64,000 nt of DNA, taken from contig OZ316899.1 of the NCBI GenBank assembly GCA_973895155.1, positions 11,595,775-11,659,774 of the forward strand, given 5' to 3'. The notes under the pieces are model-generated. The model was not told the DNA's origin, ran no database searches, and saw nothing but the letters and a program-made list of their open reading frames with translations. Position 1 is the first letter of the stretch, and the number at the start of each line of letters is the position of its first letter. Both the position numbers and the translations under genes were made by a program. Source of the DNA: Marsupella aquatica (Eukaryota; Plantae; Marchantiophyta). Below, in pieces: positions 38,887 to 51,790 of the stretch.

Positions 38887-41800
38887 TGTCACGTCGTCAG
38901 TCTTGGCCTTACTCCGGGCTTCGGCTTAAACAGGAACACCCTTTGTCAAAATGAGGGTTGGGGCAGGGAGGGAGGCACGGAATGCACCCAACTTACGTAA
39001 AATAGCGCTAAGTGCGCCTATCATCATATACGGACACCTCCTAGGTATGGTTTGTGTTCCGCCGCCGGAACGTACCTCAATCGATAGCAAGATTGACCCT
39101 GGCTTAAGGGCTTCTAAGCCTTTGTATTGTCCGCCTTCGATCCGGATTTTGATGATATGGGTGCTCAACCCGGGCTCGCAACCACGTACACGCAAGCTGC
39201 ACCCCGTGCACTACTTGGGTAGTGCGTTCGGCCAAAGCGTTGGCACCTATACACGAGATTCACACACATACATACGCACAAGCATAAAATCTCGATTTAC
39301 ACAAAGGAAATAACGGGAAGGGATTTTACTCCATAAGACATGCACATACACTTAGTTGACCCGAATGCTCTGGAGTGAACAGGTCCGAGGCCGAGGGTGT
39401 ACACTACAACGGAGCCCGGCTCCGCACTCGCCCAGCGAGCTTAGTCTTACACCCTCCCCTTGGTACTCTTTCACTCCCAGAGGTCGGGACTCCCCGCACA
39501 TACCACGGCTGTCCAACACTGAGACTAAAAATCCCCCCTGCCACTACCGAGGGGTGCACTAAATACTAAGGGCCGAGGAACGGAGTGTCCTCCCGCCCGA
39601 AGATTTGCTGACTTAGGTCCTAACTAATCTGATTGTCAGGCCGCAAAATGGCTGTGTCTTATTAGAAGATCCTAACCTACGCAGGCTGGACAGCATGGCG
39701 GTGCTGCTCTAACTAGGGCTATTCCTAACCCTATTCTATTCCTACTCCGCCGCTAATGCGCCTTTGCTAACAACTCATCGGCGGCTGCAACTTTGGGTCA
39801 TAGTTGCATAAGCTCAGCCTCTTGAGCCGCAACTTCGTTCTTTAAGAATACAGACTCCACCCGGTACTGCTCTATCCTCTGAAGGGCCTCTGACTGGGCC
39901 CGACCTGCCTTTACTACGGCAACCAACTCCTGATTGAAGAAACAGGCTACCTTCCGGGCCATGAACTCCCCGGTATCCCGGGCAATTTGATGAGAGAAAT
40001 CTCCTAGAAGCCCATTCAGAAATGTACCCGGTACGAAGAGTTCTGGGTGGTCCAGGTTGTGCCTGTCCGGATTTGGGCACGGGCAGACGTCAACATGCGC
40101 GGGGGCCGGGGCAATGACATCCAGCCCTGGAGATGTAGTGTTGGAAGGGGTTGGAGTGTCCTCCTCCAGCAATGTCCAGTCCTCCGGAATAGCCACTGGT
40201 GGGTCTTCGGGAGACCCGGGCTCAAGTAAGGCCTCCGCTGTCCCAATTTCTGTACTTGGCCCGGCCTGGTTGATCGCATCTACGGTTGCGATTACCGACC
40301 CATCCGGTACCTCATCGGCCACGGCTACAGCTAATTGTGGAGGTGGGGTGGGTGAAGCCTGCGTGGCCGCTGGACTTCGGGCCTTGGGTTGGGGCCGTCT
40401 CTCCAAGGCCGGGAAAACCCACCTAGCTGGGACCACCTTTGTTACGTTGACACGGGGAAGGGTTCGTCGATCAAATCGAGCGTACCACTCGAGAATGATC
40501 TCAATGTGGCTAGCAAAATACGCCTTCCCGCCAATGTATAGCGTCTTTCTTCGCCGCTCCATCTCTTCATGGAATTTCTTAGAGAAGTACGACGCCCACT
40601 TCCTAGGTCGATATGCCCCCGGGAGCCCGTGATTCAACTCGATGGTCACCTTTGGGTAACCCGAAGATCATCTTGAGCCGTTCTTCCGTGAGGGACATAT
40701 TCCTTCCCCGCAGCCGAGTATGTTGACGTGCGTCGTCATAATTCTTGACGAATTCCGTCATGTCCTCCCCGTAGTACCTGCAAGTGTTCCAAGGGAGAGA
40801 GGCAAGGTGCTCGAATCCCTGAGTTTTCAGGTACACCGCATGTTTGGGATGGAGGATGTTTTTATGCACATTTTCCCCCATGCGGTGCATTGTCACCTTG
40901 GTCGCGGCTACCGTGGCCATTGGTAACCCGGATGCAGCAGTAGGTTCCTTCCTCTTCTTCCCCTGTGACTGGCTCTGGGAGGGTGACACCTCCCCATCCT
41001 CTTGATCGGGCATAGGTAGTGCTACCGCCGTTAGTATTGGGCCCGGGGCGGCCACGATCATCGTGTTGTCTGCTGGAGCCGCTCCTTGGGTCCGGACATG
41101 GGGAGGGGACGATGTAGTGTCGGCCCCCTCAGTGTTCGCTCCTCTAGGCCGCCTGAGCAAGGGTGGGGTAGCCTCGTCGTCGTCGCTAAGGTCCATAGCA
41201 TTGATGACGGAGCATACTTGTACTGGCGGGGCGATCGGCGGTGGGGGTTGGCTAGGCTAAGGCTGAGATTGAGGCTGAGCTAGAGTCTGCGTTGGCGCGG
41301 GTACGGGTATGGGGTCGACTAGGCCGGTGCCGACGGTTGAGGGTCTAGTTCCCATGAAGCTCTGTAGGTGCTGGTAGAAGTTCTCCGAAGCAAGTGCCAA
41401 CGGCCTTGTTGAACGGGTAGTGCTGGACTCGCTGTTGATGATAGCCTGAACCTGAGCAGGGATGTGGTCAAAGTGATGCCGTTGCAAGTCGATTGTACCT
41501 GGGATATTGAAGACCTCGTCCGGAAGCCGAAGCAATGCTTCCCAAAAACCGATATATTTATCTCCCTTGAAGAAGTACCCTGATACCTCTGCTGGTCGGT
41601 AAAGCTTGCTCTGAGACGGGTAGTCAAAGTTAAGGATATAGTGGTGTCGTCCTGCTAGGCGGATGGCTCTCTCATACTCGCATTCGATTTCGTTTGGGCT
41701 GGGTTGGCGTGTTTCAATGAGTCGGCCAAGTGTCTTCCGGTAGATAGGAACTGCGTCCAGAATTGAATGGCCAAACTGGAGAGGATCGTGTGCGACATTC

Positions 41801-42265
41801 AGAGGAGATAGCAGTGGCGACTAAGAGAAAATGAGAGAGCTGGGGTCGAAGGTGGCACGTGGACTGATGGACTGGTGCACTACAAAGGGTCGGCTCCCCT
41901 TTTATACCTTGAGGGCTCATCGATCACCCGACATCTCCTTGTTGCTTATAGGCTGAACCGTTCATGCTTGTAGTGTACCGGCCACTCCGCCGGTCTGAGT
42001 CAGCGCGTGTCAGTGGCCGCTTCTCTAAGTTCGTTATACGGACCCGAGGGAGGGGCCCCTCCACGCTCGCAACCCGAGCGTGCGAATGGCGACACGCCGC
42101 CAGTCCGAACATGAATTCCCCTTATTGACTAATGATTTTCTACTCATAATGGTTACCTAAATACTATCGTTATGCTAATAATAGCGGCCTAAGATACCCC
42201 TAACGCGCATGCTAAGCGCAGTTTAGACCGAATTACTCATTACTCGCCATACCGGCGGTGTTACA
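38887..42265 (-). repeat. 3' LTR (3379 bp)
   Basis: Plus strand TGTCACGTCG...GGTGTTACA; direct repeat of 48377-50952. Confidence 0.92.
39798..41798 (-). pseudogene. Family A ORF inside the 3' LTR
   Basis: ATG at 41798 (MSHTILSSLAIQFWTQFL), about 105 nt downstream of TATAAA; continues through ORFs 41257-41535, 40603-41196 and 39798-40649. Confidence 0.8.
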
Positions 42266-45200
42266 TAGCTCCCTGCTTAACTGTGAAGCGTCCTCGCGAA
42301 CATCACTTTCGGCGTCATCGTCTTGATGGTGGTACTTCTTTACACGATCGTAACTGACTCGCGTGGGGAGTAAATCACCGGCGTACGTCGCAAGCTCCAA
42401 AGATCCGTTAGGGTAGATCTGATTGACTAGGAAGGGCCCTAACCAACGGGTATGAAGCTTCCCTAGAAACTGTATGTACCTACTATCGTACAGAAGGACC
42501 AGATCGCCTGTCACGACGTCAACCTTCCGTAGTCCTTTGTTGTGCTGCTTCTTAGAAGTTGCCTGCTGGTTTACGGCGTGTCGAGATGCTAGTAGCCGTG
42601 CCTCTTCTAAGGCTTCAATCTGATAAGCTCGATCTGACAAACTTTCAGGTTCGGGCAAGCGATCCCGAATGCTGACCCGTGGAGTGTGTACTTCAAACTG
42701 GACGGGCACCAATGAATGTTGGCCGAACACGAGAAAGTACGGGCTGTGACTCGTAGTAGTTTTGTAAGCTAGATTATACGAGTACACCGCTGCGTACAAC
42801 TTATCATCCCAATCCGTTTTGTGCGCAGCTACAGTTTTGTTGAGGATCTTCCCAATGATACCCATTGGCTCTCTCTGTCATCCCGTTGGCTTTAGGATGA
42901 TACGGGGTAGTCTTGCGGTGCTTGACTAGGTGACGCTCCGTAAGCTGGGCTACAGTGTCATTGAGGAAGTGTGTTCCACGGTCGCTTACCAATTCTAAGG
43001 GCGGTCCGAACCGGGTGAAAATCTGTTCATATAAGAACCTGGCGCTGGTTGCGTCGTCGTCCTTCACCGTAGCCCGCGCTTCGACCCACTTGGTGGAGTA
43101 ATCTATAGCTAGCAGGATGTACCTGCATCTTTGCCTTCGGGTAACGGGAGAGAACGGCCCAATGTAATCAATACCCCACTTTTCAAAAGGTGCTAAGGGA
43201 AGCACGGACGTGAGAGGGTGATGATGAGCTCATCTCGGGGCCCCAGCCCGTTGACACAGGTCACAGCCCTTGATGAAGCGTTGTACATCCCGATGCAACG
43301 TAGGCCACCAATACCCCGAGTCCAGAATCTTTCGGGCTGTCGTGATAGCCGCGAAATGGCCTCCAGCTTCTTCTTCATGCAAGGCCTACATCACGATAAG
43401 TGTTTCCTTATACTCTAAGCAGTGTCGTAACTTCCCATTAACTCCTTTCTTATGTAGGTGACCCTGTATCATGACATAAGGCCCGGCTTTCCTTAAAAAC
43501 ACAGCGGCAGCTTCTTGATTGATGCCGTCAGGGATGCGGCCCGTTAAGAGGAAGGTGATTATTGAGCCGTACCACGTTGGCATCCCCGCCCCTACGTGGA
43601 ACAATTCCTCATCCGGAAGAATATCATTAATTGGCTGATCGATTGGTACGCCGTCCAGCCTTGAAAAGAAGTCAGCGTTGAGGTGTACCTTTCCTGGCCA
43701 AACCCAAACTTCGTAGTTAAAATCCTGGAGAAGTAGCACCCACCGGGCTATCCGTCCTGTCACGTCTGCTTTGTTGACCATGTACTTCAGGCTATCATGA
43801 TCCGTGTGGAATATGACCTTGTAGCCGAGCAGATAGTGTCGGAACTTTTTACACGAGTAGATTATTCCCAGAGCTTCTCGATCAGTGGGGGAATAATTTT
43901 TTTTGGCTGTGAATAATTGACGGCTAGCAAAGTAGATGGGGTGGTCGCGTCCGTCCTCATCAAGCTGACTGACCACGGATCCGATACAAAACCCTGACAC
44001 ATTGACATACACGTGGAACTCCTTATTCTAGTCTGGAGTGACCATGATAGGTGCGGTGGTGAGTTGTTTACGGAGTTCTTCGAAAGCAATCTGTCTTCGG
44101 GGTGTCTCCTCGATCACCGCGTCCTTCTTTATCATCTCAGTTAAGGGCAACGCAATTTTAGCAAAGTCTTTAATGAATCGACGGTAATACCCTACACAGC
44201 CCAAGAAGGATCGTACCACTTTTCAATCCACGGGGAACACCACCGCCATCCAGGCCGCGACCTTCTCTTGGTCCACCTTGATACCCCGTTTGGACACACG
44301 ATGCCCGAGTAACACTCCCTCCTCTACCCCGAAAAAGCATTTGGCGGGATGTAGTTTGAGGTTAACCTCTCGGCATCGTTGCAACGTACGTCTTAGGTGT
44401 TTGGGGTGCATGGCGACGGTTCCAAAGATGGCAAAGTCATCAATAAATATCTCCAAAAATTCCCGTAGGAAATCGTGGAAGATATTCATCATGAGTCGCT
44501 GAAACATGGCCGAAGCGTTACACAGTCCGAACGGCATTCTCCGAAATGCAAAAGACCCCCATTCTGTAGTGAACGTTGTTTTGAGCTGATCCGAGAGGCA
44601 AATCCAGATTTGGTTATAACCCGAATACCCGTCAAGGAATGTATAAATTTCATTTCGGGCTACCATATCTAGAACCATATCCGTGAATGGTAATGGGTAA
44701 TGGTCTTTTTGGGTTGCATCGTTCAGCTTACGATAGTCCTGACAGATCCGGATCTTAGGTTTTCCGTCCGTACCTCCCTTTTTTGGTACAATGACGATTG
44801 GAGAGACCCAGTCGCTGGCCATTACCGGGTAGATGATATTTGCGGCGAGGAGACGATCAATTTCCTCCTTCACTAAGATGGAGTACCTCGGGTTCATGCG
44901 ACGTTGTCGCTGCCGTACTGCATGGGCCCCCAAATTCAAATCGATCGTGTGTTCTCCTAACTCGGGGGAGACTCCTGTTAAATCGTGATGGCTCCATGCA
45001 AACACATCTTCATATTCCTTGAGCAAAGCTTGGATAGATTTTTCCGCCTCCCCAGTCAGAGCGTGGCCCAGGTTAAAAGACTTATCCATCCCAATGGTGT
45101 ACTTCTGGTAGTGCTCCTTCCTGATGACTTCAACCTGGTTCTACAAGCTCGGGTCCAGGCTCGCATCAAGTTCAGCTAACCAAACTCCTTCGTACATGGG

Positions 45201-48200
45201 TGGAACCGGGATTGGTTTTGGGATTGGAGTTACTTCCTTCAATTGTGGGATGGACGGATCCCAGGAGACTCGTTTCTTATGTCTTGGTCTCAGGTTTTTG
45301 GCCTCGGGCGGTTGTTTGGCCGGTTCGTGGTCACGAGGCTCTACACTGGTAGAAGCAGCATCGGCGCCCTGCTTAGCTGGAGCCGTGTCCTCCGTATTGA
45401 TCGGTTGTTTTTGCGTTTCCTCATCCCGGGCGGTGGAGGTGCTCGGGGTGGACTCAATAGCAGCCTTCGGGTAATTCAGGAGATGTGTTTCCCGGGTTGC
45501 CTCAACTCCGAAGACATCTTCCTCAAACAGGGACGAGATGAGTTCAATCATATTGAGTTCCTCTTCCTCCGAGGTCTTCGAATCATATTCCTCGGGTCCC
45601 TGTGGAGTTTCACCCTGGTAATCGTCCATTGCCCATGATACCCGCACTGTGGGTGTCCCGAACCGTAGCTCCTTCTTTCCCCAATCCGTGACTACACGGC
45701 CACCATACAGCCACGGCCTGCCTAGGAGGACCGGATAAGAGGGGGGCCGAACCGGCCTCATGACTAGGAAGTTGAGATAGAACTCCACCCCTCCCACCAG
45801 AGTGAGCACCCGTGTGAGCGTGCCTAATGGAAGGACCCTTGCCCCGTTTGCTAATCTGATAGCTCGGGCCGTGGGTTGATACGTGAGGTATCCTAACTTG
45901 ACTGATGTTTCTTCAGTCATGATGTTGACGCCCGCTCCTCCGTCCATGAGAACCATCTTGATGGTACAATTATTAATCTCAATCGAGATGTCCGGCACTC
46001 CCAGGTCCTCGCATATCATGTTGCAATCCGCGATCCCAACACGGGGTAGTCGCCTCCGTCGTCGACCCGTAAGCAACTCCCTCAGTTGCCGTCGGTACTG
46101 TGGATTGTTTTGTAGCAGTTGTCCTACTGTTGCTATAACCGGGCAACTCTTCACGTCTTCCTTAATATCATAGTCCTCCTTCTTTTCTTCCTTCGGCTGC
46201 TGCTTGACTTCCTCCTCCTGCTTTTCTTGCTTTTCTTGCTCCTATCGTCGGGCGGCTTTGGTTGCTTTGATGTCCTTATCGATTGCCTTCTGGTATTCCC
46301 GAGCTTCGTGGGCCTTCAGCTGTTTCTTTACCATTTCTTCGATGCGGGGGAAAAATAGCCTCGGGTCATCCCGACGGTAGTCATCGTCTTTCTCTGGGGG
46401 TATGTCTATTGCTAGCGGCACCGGAGTAGTATCTTGCTTTTTCCTACGTTTCTCCTCCTGCTTCTCTTCCTTCCGTTCGGCTCTTGTTGACACTCGGTAG
46501 CACTCAGCCTCGTCAGATGGATTAGGGTGCTCCGCCACGTCCACCAGATTCACCCACTTGGTGTTGTCATCTTGCCATTCCACAACAATCATTTGGATGA
46601 CTGCATCGCTCGTGGCCGGTCCGCCCTGGGCCTGTCTTGCTCCATTTTTTCGAGCGGCTATTACCAATGGACAATTGGCCGTGGAATGAGCTTCCGTTTT
46701 GCAGACTTGACATAGTGGCATGCCACGGCCATCCCCCTGGCGTCTTGGTTCTGTGCATTCCCTCGCAAAGTGGCCTGGCTTCTCACAGCTATAACAAATC
46801 GGGGTTTGCCAAATCCCTGGTTTAGGGGGAATGCTAGGGTTACTGATAACTTGGAAACTTCAGCCATTGTTTGGGTAGGGGTATGTAGTTCTACCTGCTA
46901 AGTTATGCGGACCCACTGTTGAAATCTGATACACCGAATTAGGAGGGTCTTCAAAGAAATACTCCGTGGACTCCGCTTCAGGTCCCGGGTTGTCGACATC
47001 ATCTAATTCCACCTGGTGAACTTGGTTCTTCCATCTTGGGCATTCTTGCACGACATGCCGGGATTGGAAGCACTTTGAACACCACGCATGGGCTCGGATC
47101 TCAATGGCTTCTTCTTCTCCATCGGCTTTTCCGCGAGATGTACTGACAGTGCTTTGAGGCGATCTGTGATTTCGTTAAGCTTGTCTGCTTCGGCAGCCTT
47201 CAGATCAGGTATCGTTCTTCGAGCACGGGATTTGATTTTCCCCTCTTGCTTAACCCTCCTTTTCTTCTTCTTGCTCCGGCTCTCGCTCTCCGAATCACTT
47301 CCCGATGAGCTGGTGGTGGAGGACCCGTTGTTCAAAGTTGAATCCGAACTAGATTCTGTCTCCCAACTGGACGAGGTCAAACGATGTTTCTTCTTCTTCT
47401 TGTGTTTCTTCTTCTTCTCGTCGTCTGATTTGGAGTCACTGTCACTAAAGGTCTCGTACTTGCCCTTCTTGCATCATGCCCGCTGGCTTTGCCGGGAGTT
47501 ATAGGTGGACTCCCGGTAGGTTTCGGTGCACGCTATGGCTGCTTGCATTGAAATTGGGTTATTTTGGCGCACCCAGAATTGCATATTTGTGGGCAAACCA
47601 TGGAGGAACCACGTAAGCTGGAGTGCGTCACCCGGCCTGGGCCGTATCTTGGCAGCAAGTTTTTGAAACTTCTGAATGAACTTTTGCAGGGACTCTTTTT
47701 TCCCCATGCGAAGCTGACCGATCTTTAATAAAGAGCGCTGCTCGGATCCAATAGCACAAAATTCTTGCAGCAATGCAGCTTGGAATTGTGCCCATGTAGT
47801 ACCGGGTGGCAGCGAGTTGTACCATGGACGAGCTTCTCCCCACATCACTCCAGGGAGGACGGTTAGCTTAATGGCGTCTTCCCCGTTAGCCTTAGCAGTG
47901 GCTTCAAACTCATCCAACCATTCATCCGGATCATCCCCATGACGCCCTTTGAAAGGTCAATAATGAAACCGTGATCGTTGCGATATTTGTGGAGGAGCTT
48001 GGGCAGCGCGGGCCATCGGTGGGGCGGCTGCCATAGGTACTGGTGGCGGTGGCGGTGCTGGCGGTGGTGCAGCAGGAATTGGAGCAGGACCGGTTGGACC
48101 GGACCCCGAGGGTCCTGGTGGTATGTTCATTCGCCGAGGTGATTGCGAATCCTCCGATCCTGAAGAGTCGGACCTTGTTGTGGTTGCACTCTCTCGTTTG

Positions 48201-48247
48201 CTAGTCAATCTCCTCAAGTAAGCTGCTTGAGAACGAGTGACGGGCAT
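42233..48247 (-). pseudogene. gag-pol polyprotein with multiple stops and frameshifts
   Basis: MPVTRSQ start; capsid at 47474-47917; three CCHC knuckles (CSKCFQSRHVVQEC, CYSCEKPGHFAREC, CQVCKTEAHSTANC); protease LMDGGAGVN; RT LDGYSGY..MPFGL..FIDDF; RH IYFASR..TDHDSL; integrase WGIDYIG..SDRGTHF..HPKANG; RWLGPF. Confidence 0.95.
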
Positions 48248-48344
48248 TTACTCATATACACGCGATGGTTAGTAACTCACACGGGCCTGGTGTATTCTGC
48301 CCATGTGCACCCGCACATGTCTCCCCTCTACTACATGTAGAGTG

Positions 48345-48363
48345 CCCCCTCCATCTAGCGCCA
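48345..48363 (-). promoter_or_regulatory. PBS TGGCGCTAGATGGAGGGGG
   Basis: TGG-initiated motif 13 nt inside the 5' LTR end, upstream of the gag ATG; cognate tRNA not determined. Confidence 0.7.
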
Positions 48364-48376
48364 AAAACAAAGGCTA

Positions 48377-50952
48377 TGTCACGTCGTCAGCCTTGGCCTT
48401 ACTCCGGGCTTCGGCTTAAACAGGCACACCCTTTGTCAAAATGAGGGTTCGGGCAGGGAGGGAGGCACGGAATGCACCCAACTTACATAAAATAGCGCTA
48501 AGTATGCCTATCGTCATATACGGACACCTCCTAGGTATGGTTTGTGTTCTGCCGCAGAAATGTACCTCAATCGATAGCAGGATCGACCCTGGCTTAAGGG
48601 CTTCTAAGCCTTTGTATTGTCCGACCTGATTGAAGAAACAGGCTACCTTCCGGGCCATGAACTCCCCGATATCCCGAGCAATTTGATGAGAGAAATCTCC
48701 CAGAAGCCCGTTCAAAAATGTACCCGGTACGAAGAGTTCCGGGTTGTGCCTGTCCGGATTTGGGCACGGGCAGACGTCAACACGCGCGGGGGCCGGGGCA
48801 GTGACATCCAGCCCTGGAGACGTAGTGTTGGAAGGGGTTGGAGTGTCCTCCTCTAGCAATGTCCAGTCCTCCGGAATAGCCACCGGTGGGTCTTCGGGAG
48901 ACCCGGGCTCAAGTAAGGCCTCCGCTGTCCCAATTTCTATACTTGGCCTGGCCTGGTTGATCGCATCTACGGTTGCGATTACCGACCCATCCGATACCTC
49001 ATCGGCCACGGCTACAGCTAATTGTGGAGGTGGGGTGGGTGAAGCCTGCGTGGCCGCTAGACTTCGGGCCTCGGGTTGGGGCCGTCTCTCCAAGGCCGGG
49101 AAAACCCACCTAGCTGGGACCACCTTTGTTACGTTGACACGGGGAAGGGTTCGTTGATCAAACCGAGCGTACCACTCGAGAATGATCTTGATGTGGCTAG
49201 CAAAATACGCCTTCCCGCCAATGTATAGCGTCTTTCTTTGCCGCTCCATCTCTTCATGGAATTTCTTAGCGAAGTACGACGCCCACTTCCTAGGCGATAT
49301 GCCCCCGGGAGCCCGTGATTCGACTCGGTGGTCACCTTGGGGTAACCCCAAGATCATCTTGAGCCGTTCTTCCGTGAGGGACATATTCCTTCCCCGCAAC
49401 CGAGTATATTCATGTGCATCATCATAATTCTTGACGAATTCTGTCATGTCCTCCCCGTAGTACCTGCAAGTGTTCCAGGGGAGAGAGGCGAGGTGCTCGA
49501 ATCCCTGAGTTTTCAGGTACACCGCATGTTTGGGATGGAGGATGTTTTTATGCACGTTTTCCCCCATGCGGTGCATTGTCACCTTGGTCGCGGCTACCGT
49601 GGCCATTGGTAACCCGGATGCAGCAGCGGGTTCCTTCCTCTTCTTCCCCCGTGACTGGCTCGGGGAGGGTGACACCTCCCCATCCTCTCGATCGGGCATA
49701 GGTAGTGCTACCGCCGTTAGTATTGGGCCCGGGGCGGCCACGATCACCGTGTTGTCTGCTGGAGCCGCTCCTTGGGTCCAGACATGGGGAGGGGACAATG
49801 TAGTGTCGGCCCCCTGAGTGTTCGCTCCTCTGGGCCGCCTGAGCAAGGGTGGGGTAGCCTCGTCGTCGTCGCTAAGGTCCACAGCGTTGATGACGGAGCG
49901 TACTTGTACTGGCGGGGCGATTGGCGGTGGGGGTTGGCTAGGCTGAGCCTGAGATTGAGCCTGAGCCTGAGTTTGCGTTGGCGCGGGTACGGGTATGGGG
50001 TTGACTGGGCCGGCGCCGGCGGTTGAGGGTCTAGTTCCCATGAAGCTCTATAGGTGCTGGTAGAAGTTCTTCGAAGCAAGTGCAGACGGCCTTGTCGAAC
50101 GGGTAGTGCTGGACTCGTTGTTGATGATAGCCTGAACCTGAGCAGGGATGTGGTCGAAGTGATGCCATTGCAAGTCGATCGTACCCGAGATATTGAAGAC
50201 CTCGTCCGGAAGCCAAAGCAATGCTTCCCCAAAACCGATATATTTTTCTCCGTTAAAGAAGTACCCTGATACCTCTGCTGGTCGGTAAAGCTCCCTCTGA
50301 GACGGGTAGTCAAAGTTAAGGATATAGTGGTGTCGTCCTGCTAGGCGGATGGCTCTCTCGTACTCGCGTTCAATTTTGTATCGGCGCGGGTTGGCGTGTT
50401 TCAATGAGTCGGCCAAGTGTCTTCCGGTAGATAGAAACTGCGTCCAGAATCAAATGGCCGAACTGGAGAGGATCGTGTGCGACATTCAGAGGAGATAGCA
50501 GTGGCGACTAAGAGAAAATGAGAGAGTTGGGGTCGAAGCTGGCGCGTGGACTGATGGACTGGTGCACTACAAAGGGTCGGCTCCCCTTTTATACCTTGAG
50601 GGCTTGTCGATCACCCGACGTCTCCTCGTTACTTATAGGCTGAACCGTTCACGCTTGTAGTGTACCGGCCACTCCGCCGGTCTGAGTCAGCGCGTGTCAG
50701 TGGCCGCTTCCCTAAGTTCGTTATACGAACCCGAGGGAGGGGCCCCTCCACGCTCGCAACCCGAGCGTGCGAATGGCGACACGCCGCCAGTCTGAACATG
50801 AATTCCCCTTATTGACTAATGATTTCCTACTCATAATGGTTACCTAAATACTGTCGTTATGCTAATAATAGCGGCCTAAGATACCCCTAACGCGCGTGCT
50901 AAGCGTGATTTAGACCAAATTACTCAGTACTTGCCGTACCGGCGGCGTCACA
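48377..50952 (-). repeat. 5' LTR (2576 bp, with a ~0.8-kb internal deletion)
   Basis: Plus strand TGTCACGTCG...GGCGTCACA; lacks the segment equivalent to about 39134-39928. Confidence 0.92.
48625..50485 (-). pseudogene. Family A ORF inside the 5' LTR
   Basis: ATG at 50485, TATAAAAG near 50593; in-frame ORFs 50048-50416 and 48416-50041; cut by the deletion after CFFNQ. Confidence 0.8.
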
Positions 50953-51047
50953 CTCAGTCTGGAGACCAAAACTTGTCAGCTGGCACCCTCATAGGCCGCT
51001 TCACAAAAACTGGTGACTGGCGACTGTCCCTCTAAGAGAAAACACTC

Positions 51048-51790
51048 CTACATGTCCTCCTCATTGACCGAATTCAACCAAAACTGATGACTGGTCTTCC
51101 GCTGGTCGTAGCTGAGTTTCTTCATCTTCCAACTGCACATACTACCAGAGGGTATCAACAGACAGGCTCACATCCAATGCAAAATTCTAAATACATACAG
51201 ACGAAATGCAAGCAGTAGGTTTAACAAAACAAACCTATGTACCAAACAATAAATAATCCAACATGAATGCTTTAATATCCTTACCATGTCTTCTTAGCGG
51301 GAGCCTTCTTCTTGGCCAGCTTGATGGAAGGATCAACACGGATGGCTACATGAGCGTCAAGGTAATTGTTTTCAAGATCATTGGGCTCCACTTCCCGTTT
51401 GATGAAGCTTGAGAACTGGGCTTCATATTTCTCAGGGGTATTGTCCCTCAACATCTCTAAGGGGAACGGGAGATTTACTAAACCGTAGACAAGAGCCTGT
51501 AAACAATGACATCTATCTCAAATGATAGTCCCAACTGCAACTTATATCCCTAAAACAAGATATACAACGACCAATAACCTGAAACAATGACAAATATCTC
51601 AAATGATAGTCCCAATTGCAACTCATCTACCTAAAACATAATTTGCAACGACCAGGAAGGTTACTGGTCACTGACCTTCATGTAGTTGGCAGCATGTCCG
51701 CCCAGAATGTAGTTCCGGTGAATGTCGGGCATTCAAATACTTTTCTTCCTTCTAGTGCCCTGGAAATCCCTTTTCGGAGTGCAGAATATC
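51048..51790 (-). pseudogene. RPL5: 60S ribosomal protein L5 (uL18) 3' fragment: three exons with introns retained
   Basis: 51790-51676 DILHSEKGFPGH*KEEKYLNA/IHRNYILGGHAANYMK|gt; 51454-51285 MLRDNTPEKYEAQFSSFIKREVEPNDLENNYLDAHVAIRVDPS..|gtaag; 51132-51048 cag|WKMKKLSYDQRK..*. Premature stop, frameshift, 5' half missing. Confidence 0.85.

Larger units (their letters stand above)
38887..50952 (-). mobile_element. Full-length non-chromovirus Ty3/Gypsy retrotransposon (12,066 bp) with gene-containing LTRs
   Basis: TG..CA termini; perfect 5-bp TSD CTCAG (38882-38886 and 50953-50957); paired LTRs; PBS; gag-PR-RT-RH-INT order. Confidence 0.95.

Noticed and set aside
42233-48247. Tat/Ogre or chromovirus assignment
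   Set aside because: No additional archaeal-type RNase H and no chromodomain seen; left as a non-chromovirus (Athila/Phygy/Selgy-like) pending phylogeny.
48416-50041. 541-aa ORF as an intact protein
   Set aside because: Its C-terminus after CFFNQ is non-coding LTR tail fused by the 0.8-kb deletion, and the true start is upstream at 50485.
38887-50952. DIRS/tyrosine-recombinase element or segmental duplication to explain the long repeats
   Set aside because: DDE integrase, TG..CA ends, PBS and a 5-bp TSD indicate a conventional LTR integration.
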